33,179 nucleotides of DNA from Azospirillales bacterium (GCA_044343785.1 JBIJED010000001.1:1-33179); one strand, 5' to 3'. Positions 16,711 to 23,633 are shown, counted from the stretch's first letter. Notes: generated by a model not told the origin, from the letters alone. Made by a program: numbers and translations.

Positions 16711-17604
16711 TCATCCCGTGACGAGGTGAAGGGCGGTGTCCGATGGGGCGACGGTCACGCGCCGTCCCCAGTCGAACGGGAGATAATCCTGTTCCATGCC
16801 ATCGGCGAATATCACGCCACCATCGTTCATCCGCGACGTGACCTCGATCGACGTACCGACGAGTTTGCCGGCCCGCAGGCTCGTGCCGGTCACGATGCTC
16901 GGGAACGGCTCCCGAACGAAGTACGCAACGGCCTGCTCGTCTGGAGCGAGGGCCACCTGCATCCCCACCGATTCCATGATCGAACGGGCCCAACCGGTGG
17001 CGCCGGTGCCCGAGGCGACGATCAGGCCGCTGGAACTCTGGTTCTCCTGCCCGTCGCCGACCGCGAGACCGTAGCGCGCCGACTGGTGGCTTCGATGCCC
17101 GACGAACACTTCGTTGAGCGCAAGCAGGCGTTCGCCGGAATCGAGCCGAGCCTCGACCATCGTCCGGCGGTCGACCGGGGCTTGTCCGCTCGCCGCGGCA
17201 CGCAGCAGGTCCGCCAGACGCCGCGCCGGCACCCGAACCAGAACGCCGTCGTAAAGGTCCGGCGACGGGTTCACGCCGAGCACGGGCTGGCCGGCGAGGT
17301 ATTTGGCGACGTTGGCGACCAGACCGTCCTGGCCGACGGGCACGATGACGTCCTCCGGCCCGAACTGGAACCTGTCGAGATCGGGACGGCGCACGTGAGC
17401 CTGCCGCCAGTCCTCCGGCACCGCGAGCCGCGCCAGTCTCAAGGCGTCGCGCAACTGACGGTCGCGCGACTCCAACGCCTCGATGCTCTGGCCACGGGTC
17501 TCCAGGAAGAACCGGGCCTGCTCGCGCGTGGAGTGCCGCGCGAGCAACAGTTCGTGGTCACTCTCCCGCGTGACGAAGACCGCACGAGGGCTGTTGGTCG
17601 GCAT
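16711..17604 (-). CDS. NAD-kinase-fold (ATP-NAD kinase/DAGK superfamily) protein, non-canonical
   Basis: ATG at 17604 (MPTNSPRAVFVTRESD...) with GAGG 7 nt upstream. The longer 17667 start would overlap the SPFH gene by 56 nt. NADK-family motifs are present in variant form: VIVPVGQDGLVANV (the GGDG motif reads GQDG), LALNEVFVGH (NE motif), SSSGLIVASGTGATGWARS (Gly-rich motif). Confidence 0.75.
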   Translation of the reverse strand: MPTNSPRAVFVTRESDHELLLARHSTREQARFFLETRGQSIEALESRDRQLRDALRLARLAVPEDWRQAHVRRPDLDRFQFGPEDVIVPVGQDGLVANVAKYLAGQPVLGVNPSPDLYDGVLVRVPARRLADLLRAAASGQAPVDRRTMVEARLDSGERLLALNEVFVGHRSHQSARYGLAVGDGQENQSSSGLIVASGTGATGWARSIMESVGMQVALAPDEQAVAYFVREPFPSIVTGTSLRAGKLVGTSIEVTSRMNDGGVIFADGMEQDYLPFDWGRRVTVAPSDTALHLVTG

Positions 17605-17611
17605 GGCCGCC

Positions 17612-18598
17612 TCACTGTGCGGGGAGTGTGGGGACCTGGCGTCGGAACTCGCCCAGGATGCTGGCAAGCAGATCCGGCGTGATGTTCAGATGCTCGATCT
17701 TGTCCACCTTCCCCGCCAGCTGGCGCGCGGCGAGGCCGAGCAGGATCGATGGCGGCAGATCGCTGTAGACGGCGACGCGCGCCCGTTCGGCGTCCGCCTT
17801 CGCGCCCTCGACGAGGCGGATGCGCTCCGCCTCGGCCGCCGCCTCGATCTGCTTCGCCGCGGCGGCGCCCGCCGAGCGCGCACGGGCGATCGCAGCCTCC
17901 TCCGCCACGAGCTGTTGCGCACGACGGGCGAGTTCGGTCTTGTTGGCGAGTTCGTTTTCGGCGATCGCGCGCTCCTTCTCGACCGCGAGAGCGCGACGTT
18001 CGAACGTCGCCTGATCCGCCTTCTGCTGGAGCGCCTCGAACGTCGGCGCTTGGAGTGCGCGTTCCAACTCGGTGCTCGGCGCGAGGCCGGTGAGCCGAAC
18101 CGCGACGACCTCGAGGCCGATCTCTCCCAGACCGGGGTCGTTGGCCAGCGCGTCCATCAGCGCGACGCGCAGGGCGCCCGGACCCGCATCGAGGAGCGCC
18201 TGCACGGAAGCCCGCGCGAGGTATTGGGTCACCGCCTGATTGACCAGCCCAGCGAAGCGCGTCTCGATCCGCTGGATGGGCTCGGCGGTCCAACGTCCGT
18301 TTTGCAGGCTGATGGTGAAGTCGACGCGCGCGGCGAGACGTTCCGGGTCGGCGACCCGCCAGGTCAACGTGCCCTGCACCGCGACGGTCTGGAAATCCTG
18401 GCTCCGACTCTTCACGAACAGCGCCATCTCGCGGTCGTCCATCGGGACCTCCGCGATGCTTGCGGTCTCAGGCCGGAACCAGAAGACAAGACCGCGTCCG
18501 CTCTGCAGCACGCGCCCCTTGCCGTACTGGATGACGTGGCTGCTCGCGTCGGCGCGCAGTTGGGCGGCGAGGCCGTAGTTGCGCATCTGTGCCATCAT
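17612..18598 (-). CDS. SPFH/Band-7 (stomatin-prohibitin-flotillin) domain protein with C-terminal coiled coil and no N-terminal TM helix
   Basis: Start ATGATG at 18598/18595, preceded by AAGGAGAGGA. The rest of ORF 17612..18937 is a spurious upstream extension over the nrtR-like gene. SPFH core: VIQYGKGRVLQSGRGLVFWFRP...VAVQGTLTWRVADPERL...GLEVVAVRLTGLAPSTELERALQAP. This is followed by an Ala/Glu/Arg-rich coiled coil. Confidence 0.8.
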   Translation of the reverse strand: MMAQMRNYGLAAQLRADASSHVIQYGKGRVLQSGRGLVFWFRPETASIAEVPMDDREMALFVKSRSQDFQTVAVQGTLTWRVADPERLAARVDFTISLQNGRWTAEPIQRIETRFAGLVNQAVTQYLARASVQALLDAGPGALRVALMDALANDPGLGEIGLEVVAVRLTGLAPSTELERALQAPTFEALQQKADQATFERRALAVEKERAIAENELANKTELARRAQQLVAEEAAIARARSAGAAAAKQIEAAAEAERIRLVEGAKADAERARVAVYSDLPPSILLGLAARQLAGKVDKIEHLNITPDLLASILGEFRRQVPTLPAQ

Positions 18599-19329
18599 TC
18601 CTCTCCTTCCGTCTTGCGGTAGCGATAGAGTTCGGCCGGACGGAACGAGGCACCCGTCTCGCGCTCGCCCGTCGCCTCCAGACAACCGCGATCGAGCATG
18701 CGGCGTCGGAAGGCAGGTTTGTTGAGCTTGGTGTCGAGGATCGCCTCGTGGATGTCCTGCAGCGCGCGCAGGGTGAAGCGCTCGGGCAGCAGGGCGAAGG
18801 CGATCCCGGAATAGTCCAGCTTGCCGCGCAGGCGCCGGACCGCGAGGCCGAGCATCGTCCCGTGATCGAACGCCAGCGGCAGGGGATCGCCGTCGCCGAG
18901 ACGCGCCTCGACGGGGCCGCCCCTGGCGCCGGCCCACGGGACGCCGATCTCCGCGAGCGCCAGCCCGGGTGCGGATTTCAGGGCCGCCGCGAACCGGTCC
19001 GCCGGCAGGAGCGCGAAATAGGCCACGCTGACGATCCGCATCCGCGGATCGCGATCGACCGCCCCGAAGGTGTAGAGCTGCTCGAGATAGGCGTCCGTCA
19101 TCCGGGCCTTGGCCGAGAGAATGCGCCGTGCCGCATCGTCGAGGCTTTCGCCGATGCCGACGAAGCCGCCCGGTAGTGCCCAGGCTCCCGCGAATGGATG
19201 GCGCTCGCGTCGTGTCAGAAGGACGGCGGGCGATCCTTCGACCACGCTCATCAGGATCAGGTCCACGGCGACGGACGGCCGAACGAAGGCCGTGGCGTCA
19301 TCGCTTTCGAGATACTCGGCCTCGCTCAT
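18595..19329 (-). CDS. nrtR: NrtR-type regulator: degenerate Nudix domain fused to a C-terminal winged-helix DNA-binding domain
   Basis: ATG at 19329 (the ORF track starts one codon earlier, at a GTG). The Nudix box region GGFVGIGESLDDAARRILSAKARM keeps GX5E but has lost the REUXEE glutamates. The C-terminus FTLRALQDIHEAILDTKLNKPAFRRRMLDRGCLEATGERETGASFRPAELYRYRK matches the NrtR wHTH signature as I remember it (FTL..LQ..YE..LG..LDK.NFRRK....L...G.....RPA.LY.F). Confidence 0.8.
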   Translation of the reverse strand: MSEAEYLESDDATAFVRPSVAVDLILMSVVEGSPAVLLTRRERHPFAGAWALPGGFVGIGESLDDAARRILSAKARMTDAYLEQLYTFGAVDRDPRMRIVSVAYFALLPADRFAAALKSAPGLALAEIGVPWAGARGGPVEARLGDGDPLPLAFDHGTMLGLAVRRLRGKLDYSGIAFALLPERFTLRALQDIHEAILDTKLNKPAFRRRMLDRGCLEATGERETGASFRPAELYRYRKTEGEE

Positions 19330-19359
19330 CACCGCGCACCTTACATCTAAGATGCACGT

Positions 19360-19388
19360 TACATATTTCTATCTTGCATATATGTCAA
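19360..19388 (-). promoter_or_regulatory. Sigma70-type promoter of the nrtR-SPFH-NADK-like operon, overlapped by an inverted repeat
   Basis: On the minus strand: perfect -35 TTGACA (19388-19383), 17-nt spacer, -10 TATGTA (19365-19360), about 30 nt upstream of the ATG. It lies in the only strongly AT-rich island of this part of the window. The inverted repeat ACATAT (19361-19366) N13 ATATGT (19380-19385) spans the -10 to -35 region. Confidence 0.45.
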
Positions 19389-19572
19389 GGGGTGCGTGCC
19401 GGGTGTGCCTCCGCAACGCGACCGCCACGGTCATGAGGGCGGGCTTCAGGTGTCCGAACGGTTCGACGATGGAGGAACGAACCCGTCCTGGCGACGCGCC
19501 CGGCGCCACAAGGTCCATGGTGTCCGTGTGCCCGCCGGTCGGAAGGCACACGGAGGGCGGTTGCCCGGAATG

Positions 19573-19600
19573 AGAAAGGGGCCCCGAAGGGCCCCTTTCA
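19573..19600. terminator. Bidirectional rho-independent terminator downstream of sodB
   Basis: AAAGGGGCCC (19575-19584), loop CGAA, GGGCCCCTTT (19589-19598). Minus-strand reading gives GAAAGGGGCCC-TTCG-GGGCCCCTTTCTCATT. Confidence 0.7.
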
Positions 19601-19624
19601 ATCACCGGCGCTGCCGGGACAGGC

Positions 19625-20227
19625 TCACTTCGCCTCGGCGAGCTTCTGGGCCACGAACTCCCAGTTCACCAGATTGTCGACGAAGGCCTTCAGGTAGTCG
19701 GCGCGGCGGTTGCGGTAGTCGATGTAGTAGCTGTGCTCCCACACGTCGCAGCCGAGGATGGCGTGCTGCCCGTGGACCAGCGGGTTCTCGCCGTTCGGGG
19801 TCTTCGTGACCTTCAGCTTGCCGCCGTCGACGACCAGCCAGCACCAGCCGCTGCCGAACTGGCCGACGCCGGCCTGGACGAACTGCTCCTTGAACGCATC
19901 GACCGACCCGAAGTCGGACTTCAGGCGGCTCTCGAGTTCGGAGGGGATCGCCCCGCCGCCGTGCGGCTTCATCGCCGGCCAGAACAGCGCGTGGTTCCAG
20001 TGCTGGCCCGCATTGTTGAAGATCGCCTGCTTCGACGCGTCGCCGAACGACGCCTTGCAGACCTCCTCGAGGCTCTTGCCGGCGAGCGGCGTGTCCTTCA
20101 CGAGGTTGTTCAGCGCCGTGACATAGGCCTGATGGTGCTTGTCGTGGTGGAACTCGAGGGTCTCCCGCGACATGTAGGGCCCCAGCGCATCGTGCGCGTA
20201 CGGCAGCGGCGGCAGTTCGAAAGCCAT
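19625..20227 (-). CDS. sodB: Iron superoxide dismutase
   Basis: ATG at 20227 with AGAGGA RBS. MAFELPPLPYAHDALGPYMSRETLEFHHDKHHQAYV...NNAGQHWNHALFW...FGSGWCWLV...DVWEHSYYIDYRNRR. The remainder of ORF 19625..20350 is an upstream extension. Confidence 0.95.
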   Translation of the reverse strand: MAFELPPLPYAHDALGPYMSRETLEFHHDKHHQAYVTALNNLVKDTPLAGKSLEEVCKASFGDASKQAIFNNAGQHWNHALFWPAMKPHGGGAIPSELESRLKSDFGSVDAFKEQFVQAGVGQFGSGWCWLVVDGGKLKVTKTPNGENPLVHGQHAILGCDVWEHSYYIDYRNRRADYLKAFVDNLVNWEFVAQKLAEAK

Positions 20228-20312
20228 GGTTGGTCCTCTGGCGTTGTGATCGGGTCCGAACCCGACGTTCACATATGTCGGCGCGCGCGGCGTGTGAAGC
20301 CTCGATCGCCGC

Positions 20313-21224
20313 TCAGGCGCGGGCGAAGGTGGACACCCACCCTTTCGCATGCACGACGAGACGCTGGCCGGCGGACAGCTGCACCCGGCGGGCCAGCGGA
20401 TCCGCCCGGCCCAGGCGGCGGCGCAGCGCCTGCGCCTCCAGCAGCTGTGCCCGGGCCTCCGCCCGGAGCCCGCGGTCCTTCAGCAGGGCGGGCAGCGGCG
20501 CCGAGCGCTCCAGCAGCCCGTCCACCTGCCGCAGCATCCGGTCGAAGACGGCGCGGACGGTCGCGTCGCTCGACCGCTCGACGAGCCGCTCGACCGACAC
20601 GCCCGCCTCGTCGAACCACTGGACGGGAATGTAGCAGCGCCCGAGTTCGGTCCAGTCGGACCGGCTGTCGCGCACCGTCCCCAGGATGTGGACCGCCGCG
20701 CAGAGCGCGTCGGCCGCCGGCGCGGTGGCCGACGTGTTCTCGCCATGCTGTTCCAGAACGAAGCGCCCGCCCGGCGCCGCCGCGTAGCGGCAATAGAGGA
20801 GGAGGTCGCTCCACGAGCGGCACACCTGCCCGACGGCGTCCTTGCGGACGGCCTGAAGGACCTGTCGCGCGTGCCGGTCGCCGATTCCCAGCTCGACGAG
20901 CGCCTCGCGAAGCTCGACGCCGACCTTGAGGTAGGGCCGCTTCGCACGGCCTTCGACCAGTGACTTCTCGAGGGCGTCGACGTGGTGCAGCTTCGCCTCG
21001 GGCTCGAGCAGAGGGTCGTCGGCGATGCCCTGCGCCAACTGGACGAAGCGCGCGAAGGTGAGGACGTGGGCCCTGTGGCGGCGCTTGAGGAAGCGGGGAT
21101 TCAGGAGGGCGCCCTCCCGCGGGTGGCGGGGCCGCGCCGACGGGTCGCCGGGCTTCAGCGTGATGGGGAGCGGCTTGCCGCCCCGATCGGGGTCCGTGAA
21201 GGGAGCGACGCGATGTTCAGCCAT
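20313..21224 (-). CDS. Squalene/phytoene synthase family protein (isolated, atypical first Asp-rich motif)
   Basis: 303 aa. FARFVQLAQGIADDPLLEPEAKLHHVDALEKSL resembles the HpnC/PSY N-terminal block, but the usual ADDxxD reads AQGIADD. The second motif is present: ILGTVRDSRSDWTELGRCYIP (DxxxD). Confidence 0.75.
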   Translation of the reverse strand: MAEHRVAPFTDPDRGGKPLPITLKPGDPSARPRHPREGALLNPRFLKRRHRAHVLTFARFVQLAQGIADDPLLEPEAKLHHVDALEKSLVEGRAKRPYLKVGVELREALVELGIGDRHARQVLQAVRKDAVGQVCRSWSDLLLYCRYAAAPGGRFVLEQHGENTSATAPAADALCAAVHILGTVRDSRSDWTELGRCYIPVQWFDEAGVSVERLVERSSDATVRAVFDRMLRQVDGLLERSAPLPALLKDRGLRAEARAQLLEAQALRRRLGRADPLARRVQLSAGQRLVVHAKGWVSTFARA

Positions 21225-21337
21225 GGAGGGCGGTCCCGACTGCGAGGGGCATCGACGCGAGGTGGCCGGAACGCCCGTCCGGGACTATACAGAACCCGGA
21301 CCCGCTCCAGAAACCCCCACGAAAAGAAACCGCGTTC

Positions 21338-22183
21338 ATGTCGGACGGTGCCCTCGCTCTCCCGTCATGCGGGCGTCTCGTCCGGACGCACGACCCCGAT
21401 CGGTTTTCCGCGAGCCTGTTCGCACCGTCGGACCGGCGCGAGGATCTGTGGGCCGTCCATGCCTTCGCCCACGAGGTCGCCAAGACGCGTGAGGTGGTCA
21501 GCCAGCCGGTGATGGGCACCATCCGCCTGCAATGGTGGCGGGAGGCGATCGACGGCATTTACGCCGGCACCCCGCGCCGGCACGAGGTGATCGACGCGTT
21601 GGCGATCGCCGTCGATCGGCGGCGCCTGCCGCGGGACCCCTTCGACGCGCTCATCGACGGCCGCGAGCGCGATCTCGAGGACGCGCCGCCCGCGACGCTC
21701 GACGACCTCCTGACGTACGCCGAGGCGACCGGGGGCCCTCCCGCGGAACTCGCGGCCCTCGTCCTGGGGGCGCCCCGTGCGATCCCGTCGGCGCGCGCGG
21801 CGGGGGCGGCCCATGCGCTCGCGGGGCTGATGCGCGCGGTGCCCTTCCACGCCCGTGCCCGCCGCCTCTTCCTGCCGGCCGATCTGCTCGCGGCGTCCGG
21901 TGTGTTCACGAACCAACTCTTCGACCTGAAGGCGCCGGCGGGGCTGGCGACCGTCGTCCGTGCGGTCGCCGAAGCGGCCGCCGCGCGCCTGTCGGACGCG
22001 CGTGCCGCCCGCGCGACCGTCCCGGGGGACGCGAGGGCGGCCGTGCTGGTCGGCACGCTCGCCGGCCTTCATCTGTCGACGCTCGCGCGGGCGGGATGGA
22101 ACCCGTTCGAGCCCCGGGTCGCCATGCGTCATCCCGCGACCCCGCTGCGCCTCGCGTGGGCGGCCGCGACGGGGCGCTGGTGA
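21338..22183 (+). CDS. Squalene/phytoene synthase family protein, NDUFAF6-like
   Basis: 281 aa. LWAVHAFAHEVAKTREVVSQPVMGTIRLQWWREAIDGIY is the pattern of the alphaproteobacterial NDUFAF6-like subgroup, which has no catalytic DDxxD. It is normally a neighbour of the Mth938-like gene and trmFO. Confidence 0.8.
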   Translation: MSDGALALPSCGRLVRTHDPDRFSASLFAPSDRREDLWAVHAFAHEVAKTREVVSQPVMGTIRLQWWREAIDGIYAGTPRRHEVIDALAIAVDRRRLPRDPFDALIDGRERDLEDAPPATLDDLLTYAEATGGPPAELAALVLGAPRAIPSARAAGAAHALAGLMRAVPFHARARRLFLPADLLAASGVFTNQLFDLKAPAGLATVVRAVAEAAAARLSDARAARATVPGDARAAVLVGTLAGLHLSTLARAGWNPFEPRVAMRHPATPLRLAWAAATGRW

Positions 22184-22187
22184 CGGG

Positions 22188-23552
22188 TCAGGCGGCGCGC
22201 CGCGCGCCCCCGCCGAGCCAGCCGTCGATGTCCGCCAGCGCGCGTGCGGACATCGACGCCTTCCGGTCCCGGCCCCTCGGCTCCTTCCCGTCCGCCCCCC
22301 GCGGCGGCGGCGGGAACAGGCCGAAGTTCACGTTCATCGGCTGGAACGTCTCCGCATCCGCCCCGCCGGTGATGTGGCCGAGCAGCGCGCCCATCGCCGT
22401 CGTCGCCGGCGGGGCCGTCGGCACGCCGCCGAGGCGCTCGGCCGCGGCGAAGCGGCCGGCCATCAGACCCACCGCCGCACTCTCCACATAGCCCTCGCAA
22501 CCGGTGATCTGGCCGGCGAAGCGCAGCCGCGGCTCCGCCTTCAGGCGAAGCGCGCCGTCCAGAAGCTTGGGCGAATTGAGGAACGTGTTCCGGTGCAGGC
22601 CGCCGAGGCGCGCGAACTCCGCGCCCTCCAGCCCCGGGATCATCCTGAACACCCGGGCCTGCTCCGCATGCTTCAGCTTCGTCTGGAACCCGACGAGATT
22701 GTAGAGCGTTCCCAACGCGTTGTCCTGGCGGAGCTGGAGCACCGCATGAGGACGGCGGCCGGTGTGCGGGTCGGTCAGGCCGACCGGCTTCATCGGCCCG
22801 TAGCGCAGCGTGTCGATCCCGCGCGACGCCATCACCTCGATCGGCAGACAGCCCTCGAAATAGGGCGTGTTCGCCTCCCACTCCTTGAACTCGGTCTTCG
22901 GCGCGTCCAGCAGGGCGTTGATGAAGCCGAGATACTGCTCCTTGTCGAAGGGGCAGTTCACGTAGTCCTTGCCGGTGCCGCCCGGCCCCGCCTTGTCGTA
23001 GCGCGACTGGAACCACGCCTTCGTCAGGTCGATCGTGTCGAAGTGGACGATCGGCGCGATGGCGTCGAAGAAGGCGAGCGCGTCCTCGCCCGTCAGGCCG
23101 CGGATCGCCTCGGCCAGCGCCGGTGAGGTCAGCGGACCGGTCGCGAGGATCACGCTGTCCCAGTCGGCCGGCGGCAGGCCCGCCACCTCGCCCCGCTCGA
23201 TCGTCACCAGCGGGTGCGCCGCCAGCGCGGCCGTCACGGCGGCCGAGAAATGGTCGCGGTCGACCGCGAGCGCCCCGCCGGCGGGAAGCTTGTGCTCGTC
23301 GCCGCAGCGCAGGATCAGCGAGCCGGACCGGCGCATCTCCTCGTGCAGGAGACCGACGGCGTTGTAGGCCGCGTCGTCCGAGCGGAACGAATTGGAACAG
23401 ACGAGTTCGGCGAAGCCCTCGGTCGAATGCGCCTCGGTCATCCGCACGGGCCGCATCTCGTGCAGCACCACCGGCACGCCGGCCTCTGCGATCTGCCAGG
23501 CGGCCTCGCTGCCGGCGAGGCCGGCCCCGACGACGTGGACGGGGTTCGTCAT
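22188..23552 (-). CDS. trmFO: Methylenetetrahydrofolate--tRNA-(uracil-5-)-methyltransferase
   Basis: ATG at 23552 ([25 protein letters not shown]..., FAD-binding GxGxxG). Gid/TrmFO body throughout. The first 20 codons of the listed ORF are an extension. Confidence 0.95.
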   Translation of the reverse strand: MTNPVHVVGAGLAGSEAAWQIAEAGVPVVLHEMRPVRMTEAHSTEGFAELVCSNSFRSDDAAYNAVGLLHEEMRRSGSLILRCGDEHKLPAGGALAVDRDHFSAAVTAALAAHPLVTIERGEVAGLPPADWDSVILATGPLTSPALAEAIRGLTGEDALAFFDAIAPIVHFDTIDLTKAWFQSRYDKAGPGGTGKDYVNCPFDKEQYLGFINALLDAPKTEFKEWEANTPYFEGCLPIEVMASRGIDTLRYGPMKPVGLTDPHTGRRPHAVLQLRQDNALGTLYNLVGFQTKLKHAEQARVFRMIPGLEGAEFARLGGLHRNTFLNSPKLLDGALRLKAEPRLRFAGQITGCEGYVESAAVGLMAGRFAAAERLGGVPTAPPATTAMGALLGHITGGADAETFQPMNVNFGLFPPPPRGADGKEPRGRDRKASMSARALADIDGWLGGGARRAA

Positions 23553-23571
23553 GGATCTGTCACTCCCGGGC

Positions 23572-23603
23572 GGACGTCCCGCTGATGTGGCGGCGGGACG
23601 TCC
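23572..23603 (-). terminator. 11-bp hairpin between the ABC permease gene and trmFO
   Basis: GGACGTCCCGC (23572-23582) / GCGGGACGTCC (23593-23603), 10-nt loop. No U-tract, so function is uncertain. Confidence 0.35.
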
Positions 23604-23633
23604 CCGGGACAATGCCGGTCGGCGCCGGTCGCC

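Noticed and set aside
17605-18937. The longer ORF-track models: NADK-fold start at 17667, and the SPFH ORF extended to 18937 (441 aa).
   Set aside because: The extensions overlap the upstream genes in other frames, are Arg/Pro-rich, and bypass good RBS-plus-ATG combinations at 17604 and 18598.
19433-19573. A 46-codon Cys-containing plus-strand micro-ORF ending right at the 19575 terminator.
   Set aside because: It has no RBS, weaker G/C third-position bias than real genes and several rare-looking codons. I kept it only as a remark under the orphan-region finding.
20271-20278. The ACATATGT palindrome upstream of sodB resembles the ACATAT/ATATGT arms in the nrtR promoter, which suggested a shared operator (sodB in the NrtR regulon).
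   Set aside because: In sodB it fits a plain promoter reading (minus-strand TTCACA-N17-TATGTG), and the similarity is only 6-8 AT-rich bases. That is insufficient without motif statistics or binding data.
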